From: an uncultured Phycisphaerales bacterium
GTDB taxonomy: Bacteria; Planctomycetota; Phycisphaerae; Tepidisphaerales; Tepidisphaeraceae
NCBI GenBank assembly: GCA_963841305.1
Contig: CAWJBR010000001.1
Coordinates: 7,598 to 71,597, forward strand
Direction: 5' to 3'
Length of the DNA: 64,000 bases
A program made the position numbers and the translations under genes. Below are positions 55,297 through 64,000 of the stretch, one piece after another. How positions within the stretch are numbered: the stretch's first letter is position 1; each line of letters starts with the position of its first letter. The notes under the pieces were generated by a model that searched no databases, was not told the DNA's origin, and worked only from the letters and a program-made list of their open reading frames with translations.

Positions 55297-58200
55297 ATGC
55301 GCCGAAAACAGGCCGTCGCGGCAATGCTGATCATCCTCAGTTGGATTTCGTCTGGGGCATCGGCGGTGGAGCCGCGGCCGGTGGCCGCCGGCAAGATTTA
55401 TGCGGTGGAGTACTCGCACGAGGATCTGGGCTACGCCAACTACCCGCACGTCTTGCGCACGGAAAACCGGCTGGAAAATCTTTTCCGCGCCATCCGCCAT
55501 TGCGACCAGACCGCCGATTGGCCGTTTGAATCGCAGTACCGCTACCAGCAGGAGACGGCCGAGCCGCTGCCCTGGTTCCTCAGCGTGGCCTCGCCCGACG
55601 ATCGCGCCAAGCTCGCCCAATACATCCGGGAAGGCCGCATCGCCATCGCCGCCACGCACACCACCGTGCTCACCGACCGCCTGAATGGCGAGTCCGCCGC
55701 CCGCCTTTTTTACGTCGCGGGCCGGCACCTGCCGGATCTGCTCGGCGTGGATTCTCCCAAGGTGGCGATGATCGACGACGTCACGGGCCTTTCCTGGAGC
55801 CTGCCGATCTATTGCGAGGCCGCCCGTGTGCCCTACCTCTTCCACGGCCACAACGCGTGCGGCCGCTGCCGGGAACTGGAAACCGCTCCCATCACCTGCT
55901 GGACCGGGCCGAAGGGCAGCGGTTCGGTGTTGGTTTATAGCAATGTCTACAACCAGGCGCTGCGAGGTGATCCGAAGAAAGTGCTCGGCGACTATGTCGC
56001 CAAAAATGCCGAGCGCGTGAAGCCGGATCGCTTTCCCATTCTCCTTCAAGCCAACGACTTTTCCCTCGCCAGCCTGGACCTGGCCAGGGCCGCCAAGGCG
56101 TGGAATGAAAACAACGTTCCCCATGTGCAAATCGCCACGCTGGAAATGGCCCTCGCGGAACTGGCCAGGCGGCAGACGGCGGAAAAGACGCCGACCGTCT
56201 CCAAGACCGGCCCGTGCCAGTGGATGGACCAGCCGATTACCGACGCCCTCAGTTTCGGCCGCGCCCGCCTGGCCGCCGAAACGCTTCCTGCCGCCGAAAA
56301 GCTTGGCTCGTTCGCACTGGCGGCCCAGCCCGCCAAAGGCGGAGGGTATGCCTATCCCTGGTTCGACCTCACCCTCGCCTGGCACAACCTTCTGTCCAAC
56401 TGCGAGCACACCGTCGGCGCCGCCTGCTGGCGGTGCAGGAACGCCGAAGGATGGCGCCACTATGAAACCGAGCAGGTCGAACACCGGGAGGAAAGCCGCA
56501 TCGCCTCGGCCAAAGCCAATGGCGCCCTGACCGATGCCCTTGGCCGCCTGGCGCAGCGCATCGACGCCAAAGACGGCGCCCTCGTCGTCTTCAATTCCCT
56601 CGGCCAAGCCCGAACCGATGTGGTGATCTTCGAGGCTCCCGCTCACGCCGGAAAAAACCTGGCGGCCATGGATGATGCCACCGGCGCCGTCACTCCCTGC
56701 CAGTGGGTCGGCAAGGATACGCTGGCCTTCGTCGCCGGCCACGTCCCCGCTCTGGGCTACCGCACGTTCCACTTGATCGAATCCGCCTTGCCGGCAGCGC
56801 CGCCGGCCGCCAGTGCCGTTGAAAACGCGTTTTATCGCATTGCACTCGATCCCGCGACCGGCGCCGTCGCCAGCCTCGTGGACAAGGAATTGGGCCGCGA
56901 CCTCGTGAAGAAAGCCGCCCCGCACGGCTTCAACCAGTACCTGCACCAGTGGTTCGACGCCGCCGCCAAGGCGAAAACCGATTGCCACTGGAGCGGGCCG
57001 CAGGCGGACGCCCAGATTGCCGTTGAACGCGGCCCGGTGGCGGATGTCCTTCGCGTCCGCGCCAAGGCCGAAGGCGTCGAATGGCTGGAGCAGACCATCA
57101 CCCTCTGGCACGCCGTCAAACGCATCGACTTTGCCCTGCGGCTGGACAAGAAACCCTCCGGGCGTTCGCTTCTGGACTACGCGGCCAACAACCTCAAGGG
57201 CAAGGAATCCGTCTTTGTTGCCCTCCCCTTTGACATCCCCGGCTTCAAGGCCGTGTACCAGACCGGCGGGGGCGGCGTGGCGGAGCCCGTGCGCGATCAG
57301 TTCCGGGACACCGGCACCGCCTTCCACGCCGTCCAGCATTTCGCCGATCTGTCCAACGAGCAATTCGGCGTCACGGTCAGCCCCGTGGACTGCGCCCTGG
57401 TCGAGTTCGGTTTTCCGCGTTCCGATGTTCTCTCCCGCGCCATGAAAGGTTCCGAATCCGTCTACGAAAAGGCCAGGGACTATCCCAAGGACTCCTCGCT
57501 CTATCTCTACCTCATGGACAACATGTTCACGACGAACGTTCGCGTTGACCAGCGCGGCGAGCACTCGTTCCATTGGGCCTTGCGCAGCCACGGCGGGGAT
57601 TGGCAGGGGGGCAAGGCCGCTCAGTTCGGCGAGAGCGTCCACCAGCCGCTGCGCGCCGGGTTCGTCAACCGCCCCGGCGGGTCATCGGATGCGGTGACTG
57701 GCCGGGGCCTTCCGGCCGGCACCCATTTCTTCGCCTCCGTGGATGCCGACAACGTGGCCGTTTCCACCCTCAAGCCCGCCGAGATCAACGGCGACGGCTT
57801 CATCGTCCGCCTCGTGGAGACCGAAGGCCGCGCCGCCACCGCCAGGGTAAAATTGCCTTTCCTGGGCGATGCGGTTTCCGCCAATGAAACCACGCTCACC
57901 GAAACCGACGTGGCCGACGCTCTCGCGCTGAAAGTCGCCGGTAACGCCGTCGAAGTCGCCCTTGTGCCTTTCGGCGTGAAAACGCTGCGCGTCCAATCCG
58001 CCGCCGCGCCGTGTGCCCGGGTGCGAAAGGTCGCCGCCCAAGGCATTTCCGACATGGAAATCGAGCTTGCGTGGGAGCCGGTGGAGGGGGCGACCTTTTA
58101 CCGCGTTTACCGCGGCGACCAGGCCGATTTTGCCCCCTCGGCCCTCACGCTCGTCGGCATCGCCGATGCACCCCGCCTGCGCGATCGCGTCCGGAACCAC

Positions 58201-58749
58201 GGCACAAGCTGGATTTCCAACCGCCTTGCGCCGGCGACCACGTACCACTACCGCGTCGAGGCTGTCAGCCGCCACAACCGTCGCGGCCCCGCCTCCGCCT
58301 CCGTGGCGGCATCGACGTTGCCGACTGCGCAAAAGCCCTGCCCGCCCGGCCCGGTGGAAGACCTTCACGCCATCCAAGTCAGCCCTCTGGCGCCAGTCAA
58401 TCAGATCAACCTGCTCTGGCGCAGCAATGTCGAGCCGAACCTTGCCGCCTATGAAATTCACCGCTCATCGAAGGCCGGTTTCACGCCTTCCCAAGCCACG
58501 CTGCTGACAAAACAGGCGGTCCAAACCTCCGCCAGGGCCACCGGCTACAAAGGCTTCGATCACCAGATGTTCCTGGACACCCAGGTCGCTCCCGCCACGA
58601 CTTACTACTACAAGGTTTGCGCCGTCACCCGGGCCGGCCGGCCCGGCGCGTTCTCCACCGAAGCCTCCGCCACGACCAAGGCGGATAACGGTCCGGATTC
58701 GCTTTCCATGCCCACGACATCGCCGCCTGTGGTAGGCCCAGAGAACTGA
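55297..58749 (+). CDS. GH38-like alpha-mannosidase with two C-terminal fibronectin type III-like domains
   Basis: Start at ATG 55297 with a signal peptide. Motifs YAVEYSHEDLGY (cf. H.H.D..W), REGRIAIAATHTTVLTDRLNGES, DDVTGLSWSLPIYCEAARVPYLF. FN3-like segments: ELAWEPVEGATFYRVYRG...TTYHYRVEAV and INLLWRSN...AAYEIHRS...TTYYYKVCAV. Confidence 0.6.
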   Translation: MRRKQAVAAMLIILSWISSGASAVEPRPVAAGKIYAVEYSHEDLGYANYPHVLRTENRLENLFRAIRHCDQTADWPFESQYRYQQETAEPLPWFLSVASPDDRAKLAQYIREGRIAIAATHTTVLTDRLNGESAARLFYVAGRHLPDLLGVDSPKVAMIDDVTGLSWSLPIYCEAARVPYLFHGHNACGRCRELETAPITCWTGPKGSGSVLVYSNVYNQALRGDPKKVLGDYVAKNAERVKPDRFPILLQANDFSLASLDLARAAKAWNENNVPHVQIATLEMALAELARRQTAEKTPTVSKTGPCQWMDQPITDALSFGRARLAAETLPAAEKLGSFALAAQPAKGGGYAYPWFDLTLAWHNLLSNCEHTVGAACWRCRNAEGWRHYETEQVEHREESRIASAKANGALTDALGRLAQRIDAKDGALVVFNSLGQARTDVVIFEAPAHAGKNLAAMDDATGAVTPCQWVGKDTLAFVAGHVPALGYRTFHLIESALPAAPPAASAVENAFYRIALDPATGAVASLVDKELGRDLVKKAAPHGFNQYLHQWFDAAAKAKTDCHWSGPQADAQIAVERGPVADVLRVRAKAEGVEWLEQTITLWHAVKRIDFALRLDKKPSGRSLLDYAANNLKGKESVFVALPFDIPGFKAVYQTGGGGVAEPVRDQFRDTGTAFHAVQHFADLSNEQFGVTVSPVDCALVEFGFPRSDVLSRAMKGSESVYEKARDYPKDSSLYLYLMDNMFTTNVRVDQRGEHSFHWALRSHGGDWQGGKAAQFGESVHQPLRAGFVNRPGGSSDAVTGRGLPAGTHFFASVDADNVAVSTLKPAEINGDGFIVRLVETEGRAATARVKLPFLGDAVSANETTLTETDVADALALKVAGNAVEVALVPFGVKTLRVQSAAAPCARVRKVAAQGISDMEIELAWEPVEGATFYRVYRGDQADFAPSALTLVGIADAPRLRDRVRNHGTSWISNRLAPATTYHYRVEAVSRHNRRGPASASVAASTLPTAQKPCPPGPVEDLHAIQVSPLAPVNQINLLWRSNVEPNLAAYEIHRSSKAGFTPSQATLLTKQAVQTSARATGYKGFDHQMFLDTQVAPATTYYYKVCAVTRAGRPGAFSTEASATTKADNGPDSLSMPTTSPPVVGPEN

Positions 58750-58775
58750 CGGGCTATGGTAGCCCCGAATCGGTT

Positions 58776-58812
58776 GCGGCGGAGCCGGAGTTAGCCAATT
58801 CGGCGCCGCCGC
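58776..58812 (+). terminator. Strong GC-rich hairpin after the GH38-like gene (possible terminator or attenuator; no U-tract)
   Basis: GCGGCGG-A-GCCGGA...loop...TTCGGC-G-CCGCCGC. Hand pairing gives 7 bp, one mismatch, then 6 bp (including one G-U), with a 9-nt loop. Confidence 0.3.
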
Positions 58813-58875
58813 TGCTCGCGGAGCAAGGTTGTAGAGTCAATCGAAACGGTTTGGTATCGAATACAGGATATCCCA

Positions 58876-59937
58876 ATGGATACATTTACACCCGATTATC
58901 GGAACGTCGAACTGGCCGCTCGCAATCGGAGGCCGCCGCGGCTTCCATTCTACGAGCACATCATCGGCACGGACACGATGGAGAAGATTCTCGACCGGCC
59001 CTTCGCCGGATTGATGCATGGCGACGAGGCCGACCGCCGCCGGTTCTTCGAGTTGTACAGCGGCTTTTTCCGCGACCATGGCTACGACACCGTCTCCTTC
59101 GAGGTTTGCGTCACCTCCATTCTTCCCGGCGGGGGGGCGTTGCTCAGCGGGCAGGCCGGGCCGATCCAGAGCCGGGCTGACTTTGAAAAATATCCTTGGG
59201 CGGACCTGCCCCGGATCTTCTGGCAACGCGCCGAGCCTTGCTTTGAGGCGCTAGCGGCGACCCTGCCGGCGGGCATGAAAGTCATTGGCGGCGTGGGCAA
59301 CGGCGTGTTCGAAATCAGCGAGGACCTGGTCGGCTACGAGGAGTTGTGCCTGCTGATGGCCGATGACCCAGAATTGTTCCGGGATCTGTACAATCGGATC
59401 GGCGATCTGCTGGTGAGGTTGTGGAGCCAACTGCTGGCCAGGTTCGGCGATGTGTTTGCGGTCTGCCGGATCGGCGATGACATGGGCTTCAAGACGGCGA
59501 CACTGCTGGCGCCGGACACGCTGCTGGAACACGTCGTGCCGCAATACCGGCGGATCATCCAGGTGGTGCATGATTCGGGCAAGCCGTTTCTGATGCATTC
59601 CTGCGGCAGGATTTTTCCGGTCATGGAGGGGCTGATCGAAGCGGGGATCAACGCCAAGCACTCCAACGAAGAGGCCATTGCGCCCTATGACGAGTGGATC
59701 GAGCGCTACGGCTCGCGGATCGGTCTGTTCGGCGGGATCGACACGGATCGGCTGTGCCGGATGAAGCCGGACGACATCTACCGATTTACGCTGGAGGAAG
59801 CAGGCCGCTTCCGCCGCACGGCCAACGGTTACGCCTTGGGCTCGGGCAACTCCATTCCCGGTTATGTGCCCCCGGAAGGGTATCTGGCGATGATTCGCGC
59901 CGGGCGGGAACTGCGCCAGCGGGAAGGCAGGGAATAA
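58876..59937 (+). CDS. URO-D superfamily protein, MtaA-like subtype with H-x-C motif
   Basis: Motifs MADDPELFRDLY, DDMGFKTATLLAPDTLLEHVVPQYRRI, FLMHSCGRIFPVMEGLIEAGI (H-S-C-G). Confidence 0.6.
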   Translation: MDTFTPDYRNVELAARNRRPPRLPFYEHIIGTDTMEKILDRPFAGLMHGDEADRRRFFELYSGFFRDHGYDTVSFEVCVTSILPGGGALLSGQAGPIQSRADFEKYPWADLPRIFWQRAEPCFEALAATLPAGMKVIGGVGNGVFEISEDLVGYEELCLLMADDPELFRDLYNRIGDLLVRLWSQLLARFGDVFAVCRIGDDMGFKTATLLAPDTLLEHVVPQYRRIIQVVHDSGKPFLMHSCGRIFPVMEGLIEAGINAKHSNEEAIAPYDEWIERYGSRIGLFGGIDTDRLCRMKPDDIYRFTLEEAGRFRRTANGYALGSGNSIPGYVPPEGYLAMIRAGRELRQREGRE

Positions 59938-59939
59938 AT

Positions 59940-60953
59940 ATGAAACGAGAAATGATCAAACGGATGATTGCCGGCGAACCGGTTGAACGTTGCGGCTTCT
60001 GGGTGGGCATGCCCCATGTAGAGGCTTGGCCGATCCTGCACCGGTACTTCGGCACTCGAACCGAACAGGAGTTCCGCCGTAAAATCGGCGATGAACTCGT
60101 GTGGCTCAGTCCCCAGTTCTATCCCGACGCCTACCGCGATCCCTCGGGCCGGCCGTTGTTTGATTCGGGTCTGGACCGGGAAAAGCACGCACGCCCGCCG
60201 CTGGCCCACTGCGAAACCGTCGCGGAGGTGGAGCAGTTTCCCTGGCCCAATCCCGACTATTTGAACTTCGATTCCTGCCTGAAAGATCTGCGGCAGGCGG
60301 GGGACGTGTACCGCATGAGCGGGTTCTGGACCTGCTTTTTCCACAACGTCTCGGACCTCTTGGGCATGGAAGAGTACCTGGTGAAGATGTACACCCATCC
60401 CGAGATCGTGGAGGCGGTCACGGATCGGGTTTGCCGGTTTTACTACGAGGCCAACGAGCGGTTTTTCCGCCTGGTCGGGGACATGGTGGACGGCTTCTTT
60501 TTCGGCAACGACTTCGGAACGCAATTGAGTCTGATCTGCGGTCCCGAGCAGTTCGATCAGTTCATGCTGCCCTGGTTCCGCCGCTTTGCCGAGCAGGCGC
60601 ACCGCCACGGCCATCAGGTGATCCTGCACTCCTGCGGCTCGATTCATGGGGTGATTCCCCGACTGATCGAGGCGGGGGCGGATTGTCTGCATCCGCTGCA
60701 AGCGTTGGCGGCCCACATGGACGCCGAAACCCTGGCGCGGGACTTCAAGGGCAAGGTTGCGTTCATGGGCGGGATCGATGCCCAGGAGCTGATGACCAAC
60801 GGCACGCCCCAGCAGATCAAGGCCGAGGTCCGTCGGGTCAAGCAAATCCTGGGACCGAACCTGATCATCAGCCCGAGTCACGAGGCGATTTTGCCCAACG
60901 TGCCCCCGGCCAACGTGGCGGCGCTGGCCGAGGCGGCCCGTGAAATCAACTGA
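59940..60953 (+). CDS. URO-D superfamily protein, MtaA-like subtype with H-x-C motif
   Basis: Start at ATG 59940, 2 nt after the upstream stop (MKREMIKRMIAGEPVERCGFW). Motifs MYTHPEIVEAVT, NDFGTQLSLICGPEQFDQFMLPWFRRF, VILHSCGSIHGVIPRLIEAGADCLHPLQ. Confidence 0.6.
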   Translation: MKREMIKRMIAGEPVERCGFWVGMPHVEAWPILHRYFGTRTEQEFRRKIGDELVWLSPQFYPDAYRDPSGRPLFDSGLDREKHARPPLAHCETVAEVEQFPWPNPDYLNFDSCLKDLRQAGDVYRMSGFWTCFFHNVSDLLGMEEYLVKMYTHPEIVEAVTDRVCRFYYEANERFFRLVGDMVDGFFFGNDFGTQLSLICGPEQFDQFMLPWFRRFAEQAHRHGHQVILHSCGSIHGVIPRLIEAGADCLHPLQALAAHMDAETLARDFKGKVAFMGGIDAQELMTNGTPQQIKAEVRRVKQILGPNLIISPSHEAILPNVPPANVAALAEAAREIN

Positions 60954-61012
60954 CGGCGGCGGCCTCGCGGGGAGCCGAGGATAGAAGAGCGCAACCAATA
61001 CAGGAGCAGACG

Positions 61013-62398
61013 ATGGCGATGATGAACGTGGACGTTGGGGATAAGCAACAGACGAGTTCGCAGAATACCAGCGCCATGCTGATCGTCAGTGTGACGGTGG
61101 CGGCTCTGGGTTCCCTTTTGTTCGGCTTTGACACGGCGGTGATCTCCGGGACCACCGAAGCCCTTAAGCAGGGCTTCGGGCTTTCGGACAATCTGTTGGG
61201 CTTTACCGTCTCCAGTGCCCTGATCGGCACCATGGCCGGCTCGCTGCTGGTGGGCCGTCCTGCCGACTGGGGGGGCCGGCGGCCGGTGCTGGCCGTGCTG
61301 GCGGTCCTGTTCGTGTTCTCGGCCTTCGGCTGTGCCTGGGCCTGGAACTGGTACGCCCTGCTGGCCTTCCGCTTTCTGGGCGGCGTGGCGGTGGGCGGAG
61401 CCTCGGTGGTCTCTCCCATGTACATCACCGAGATCGCCCCGGCCAGGCGGCGGGGCATCTTGGTGGCCATTGCGCAGTTGAACATCGTGGTCGGCATTCT
61501 GCTGGCCTACTGCTCCAACTATGCCGTGGCCGCTGTTTTCGGCGCGGAACACGCGGCCAACTGGCGCTGGATGTTCGGGGTGATGGCCGTCCCCTCGCTG
61601 GCCTTCCTGGTGACGGCGTTGATCATTCCCGAAAGCCCGCGCTGGCTGGTCAAGCGCAACCATTGCTCTGAAGCCGAGCGGGTGCTAAGCCGCTTTGGAC
61701 ATGAGGATCCGGCCACCGAGGTCAGGGAAATCGCCCAGTCGCTGACGGGGGAGATGAGCGGCACGCGCCAGTGGTTGCTGCAGCGCAAATACTTCAAACC
61801 GCTGCTGCTGGCGATCATGATCGCGACCTTCAACCAACTGGACGGAATCAACGCCATCATTTACTATACGGCCGACATCTTCCGCATGGCCGGGGCCGAC
61901 AAGGCCAGCGCCTTGCAGCAGTCGATGATCGTGGGGCTGACGAACCTGGTGCTGACGCTGGTGGCCATGGCCTTGATCGACCGCCTGGGCCGCAAGGCCC
62001 TGTTGCTGGTCGGGTCGGTGACGTTCGTCCTCTCCCACGGCTTGGCGGCCTGGGTGTTCCTGACCCACGCCCAAGGGTGGGTGGTGATCGCGGCGATGAT
62101 GGGGATCGTCGGTTCGCACTCCTACTCGCAGGGGGCGGTGGTGTGGGTGATCATCAATGAACTGTTGCCCAACGCGATTCGGGCGTCGGGCGGGGCGGCG
62201 GTCTGCTTTCTGATGTGGCTGCTGTGCGCGGGAGTGAGTTGGTCGTTCCCGGTGATCGCCAGCAAGTCGGGTGCCGGCGTCTTCGGGTTCTTCGCGGTGA
62301 TGATGGTGCTGCAATTCTTCCTGGTGTGGAAGTATCTGCCGGAGACCAAGGGCGTGTCGCTCGAAGAACTGCAAAAACAACTGAGCGGGCGGGAGTAA
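61013..62398 (+). CDS. MFS sugar-porter family sugar:H+ symporter (XylE/GalP/AraE-like)
   Basis: Motifs LFGFDTAVISG, GRPADWGGRR, IIPESPRWLV, LIDRLGRKALLL, LPETKGVSLEEL. Confidence 0.85.
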   Translation: MAMMNVDVGDKQQTSSQNTSAMLIVSVTVAALGSLLFGFDTAVISGTTEALKQGFGLSDNLLGFTVSSALIGTMAGSLLVGRPADWGGRRPVLAVLAVLFVFSAFGCAWAWNWYALLAFRFLGGVAVGGASVVSPMYITEIAPARRRGILVAIAQLNIVVGILLAYCSNYAVAAVFGAEHAANWRWMFGVMAVPSLAFLVTALIIPESPRWLVKRNHCSEAERVLSRFGHEDPATEVREIAQSLTGEMSGTRQWLLQRKYFKPLLLAIMIATFNQLDGINAIIYYTADIFRMAGADKASALQQSMIVGLTNLVLTLVAMALIDRLGRKALLLVGSVTFVLSHGLAAWVFLTHAQGWVVIAAMMGIVGSHSYSQGAVVWVIINELLPNAIRASGGAAVCFLMWLLCAGVSWSFPVIASKSGAGVFGFFAVMMVLQFFLVWKYLPETKGVSLEELQKQLSGRE

Positions 62399-62426
62399 CG
62401 GGATCTACATTCATAGGAAATCGTTT

Positions 62427-64000
62427 ATGCAAAACAATAGACTGTGCAAAAGAAGAAAGAGGTGGCGAAAGGTGCCGTTGGCGGCAGTCCTGCTGTGTTG
62501 TTGGGTTGGGTGTACGATGGCGTTGGCGGAACGCTCTTCAGCAGGGAAGGATCTGGCTGCGGAGACAAGCCGCTGGAGTATCGAGCCGCCGGGCACGCTT
62601 AAGTCCGAAGCTGGCTCGCTGCTGGTGAAGGACCGTCCGGCGGTGCTTAAGGGCGATGTTCCCGAGAGCTTCCGCCTCAGCTTCAAGGCCCGCTGCCGGG
62701 GCGAGGGGAAGCTCGGGCAGATCTGGGTCTCCTTCCGTTACCAAGGGGAGTTCACCCGCTACGCCTTGGCCCTGCGCCACGGGCTGCTCAATGACCTGTT
62801 CCTGCTGCGCTACCGCGAGCGGGATTTTCCCCAAAGCACCGTGGGCATCGCCAATTGCTACCCGCTGGGCTTTGAGCCGGACACGGAAAACTGGATCCCC
62901 TTCCGCATCGAGGTCCGCGGCCCGCGGATTCTGGCGTGGGTGGGCGACGCCAAGCACCCCCAGCTGGACTACGCCGATCCGACGCCCCTGAGCGGCGGGA
63001 GCATCGCCCTGGGCGGCAGTTGGCACGCCTGCGAGTTCGCCGACGTGACGCTGGAAAAACTGGACGGCGGCGAGCCGCTGGACCTGTACGGCCCCCACGC
63101 CCTGAAGATTCACTTCGGCAAGCGGTCCGAGCCGTCGCTGGGCCGCTGGCAACGCTCCGAAGGCGAGCCGTTCGACGCCGCCCGCGGCTTCGGCTGGGAC
63201 CGGGACCTGCGTCCGCGGGTGATCCAGCGCGGCCAGGTGCCCAGTGCTTTGCAGGACGGGCTGCTGCGCCTGGTCCAGAGCGACGGCGACGCGGTCTTCT
63301 CGGCGGCGGTGCCCGACGGGGAGTACTTGGTGACCGTGCTGGCGGGGGACCCCGACGGCTACAACTACTTCCACGCCAGCGTGCAGGATCGGCCGCTGAT
63401 GGACGTGCGGCTCAGGCCCCTGCAGTACGACACCGAAACCGCCCGCGTGCGGGTGACCGGCGGCCTGCTGAAACTCAAGCTGTTCAATGTGCAAAACGAG
63501 CCGCCCGGCGTGGGCAATGCGATCAACGCCCTGGTGATCGAACCGTGGGCCGAGGCGGCTGAGCGCGTGGGGGACAAGGAATTGCAGCGTCAGCGGGAGC
63601 GAAAGGCTTACCAGCCCCAGGTCGTGACGCTCTCCGACGCCGGTCCCGCCCGCCTGCCCTTGGACGGCCGCTGGCTGTTCATGCCGCTTCAGGACCTGCC
63701 GGCCGGCGCTCAGCCCCAATCGCCGGAGATGAAAGACAACGACTGGCACGTGGTCAGCGTCCCCTCCTTCTGGAATCCCAACGGCTGGTGGATCTACACC
63801 GGGGGTCGGCGGGCGGGGGAAAGCTACCAGCACCGCGACTACGCCCGCGTGGCTTCTCAGACCTTCGATTTCCGCGTCACCCGCGAGGCCTGGTACCGCC
63901 AGTGGCTGCGCTTTGGCCAACCGCAGAAGAGCCGTCGCTACACGATCCGCTTTGACGCCGCCGCCTCCGTCGCCGAGGTCTACTTCAACGGCAAGCACGT
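62427..64000 (+). CDS. Glycoside hydrolase with an N-terminal LamG/DUF1080-like jelly-roll followed by a GH2-type sugar-binding domain; 3'-truncated by the window edge (absent from the ORF track)
   Basis: I hand-checked the codon phase at the 5' end (62427..62582) and at 63600..63692; in between I read it as stop-free by eye only: MQNNRLCKRRKRWRKVPLAAVLLCCWVGCTMA... The reading includes ENWIPFRIEVRGPRILAWVGD...SGGSIALGG and then LDGRWLFMPL, WHVVSVPSFWN, AWYRQWLRF, YTIRFDAAASVAEVYFNGKHV, a classic GH2 N-domain pattern. Confidence 0.65.
   Translation, partial: MQNNRLCKRRKRWRKVPLAAVLLCCWVGCTMALAERSSAGKDLAAETSRWSIEPPGTLKSEAGSLLVKDRPAVLKGDVPESFRLSFKARCRGEGKLGQIWVSFRYQGEFTRYALALRHGLLNDLFLLRYRERDFPQSTVGIANCYPLGFEPDTENWIPFRIEVRGPRILAWVGDAKHPQLDYADPTPLSGGSIALGGSWHACEFADVTLEKLDGGEPLDLYGPHALKIHFGKRSEPSLGRWQRSEGEPFDAARGFGWDRDLRPRVIQRGQVPSALQDGLLRLVQSDGDAVFSAAVPDGEYLVTVLAGDPDGYNYFHASVQDRPLMDVRLRPLQYDTETARVRVTGGLLKLKLFNVQNEPPGVGNAINALVIEPWAEAAERVGDKELQRQRERKAYQPQVVTLSDAGPARLPLDGRWLFMPLQDLPAGAQPQSPEMKDNDWHVVSVPSFWNPNGWWIYTGGRRAGESYQHRDYARVASQTFDFRVTREAWYRQWLRFGQPQKSRRYTIRFDAAASVAEVYFNGKH

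Noticed and set aside
55114-57642. 842-aa minus-strand ORF
   Set aside because: It is the antisense shadow of the GH38-like gene. It is Gly/Ala/Val/Arg-rich low complexity with no recognisable motif, whereas the + frame carries clear glycosidase and FN3 motifs.
62538-63998. 486-aa minus-strand ORF
   Set aside because: It is antisense to the unlisted + strand LamG-GH2 gene (62427..>64000). It has no motifs and the composition typical of shadow ORFs in GC-rich DNA.

Overview
GC-rich bacterial chromosomal segment that is almost entirely a carbohydrate-utilisation island of about 35 real genes, mostly on the + strand. Predicted glycoside hydrolases dominate: four GH2-like, two GH106-like, GH78, two GH5, GH130, GH36-like, GH38-like, GH95-like, GH125-like and a beta-helix enzyme. 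There are also SGNH and alpha/beta-fold esterases, three sugar transporters (two GPH-type, one sugar-porter MFS), aldose and L-rhamnose mutarotases, and three AraC-type regulators, one of them XylR-like. I saw no SusC/SusD, rRNA, tRNA or CRISPR. A PEP-CTERM surface protein with autotransporter-type beta-strand repeats and a DUF1559 prepilin-like protein suggest the PVC superphylum (Verrucomicrobiota, Lentisphaerota, Kiritimatiellota or Planctomycetota); this is inference only. Most notable observations: (1) stacked 7-nt tandem-repeat arrays between the PEP-CTERM gene and the pseudopilin gene, one supplying its Shine-Dalgarno and one lying inside its leader-peptide codons, so phase variation is possible; (2) four URO-D/MtaA-superfamily paralogs embedded in glycosidase operons with no corrinoid partner in view; (3) a 33-nt direct-repeat operator candidate present twice around the XylR-like regulator; (4) a ~95-nt promoter/5'UTR/first-11-codon cassette duplicated in front of two unrelated secreted proteins; (5) six frame disruptions in four enzyme genes, all at short G-runs next to CG, which could be assembly error, decay or recoding; (6) AT-rich internal cassettes in both surface proteins. 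Many long ORFs in the supplied track are antisense or out-of-frame shadows typical of GC-rich DNA. One real gene (62427..>64000) is missing from the track because it runs off the window. All family assignments come from motif recognition by eye and need HMM confirmation.
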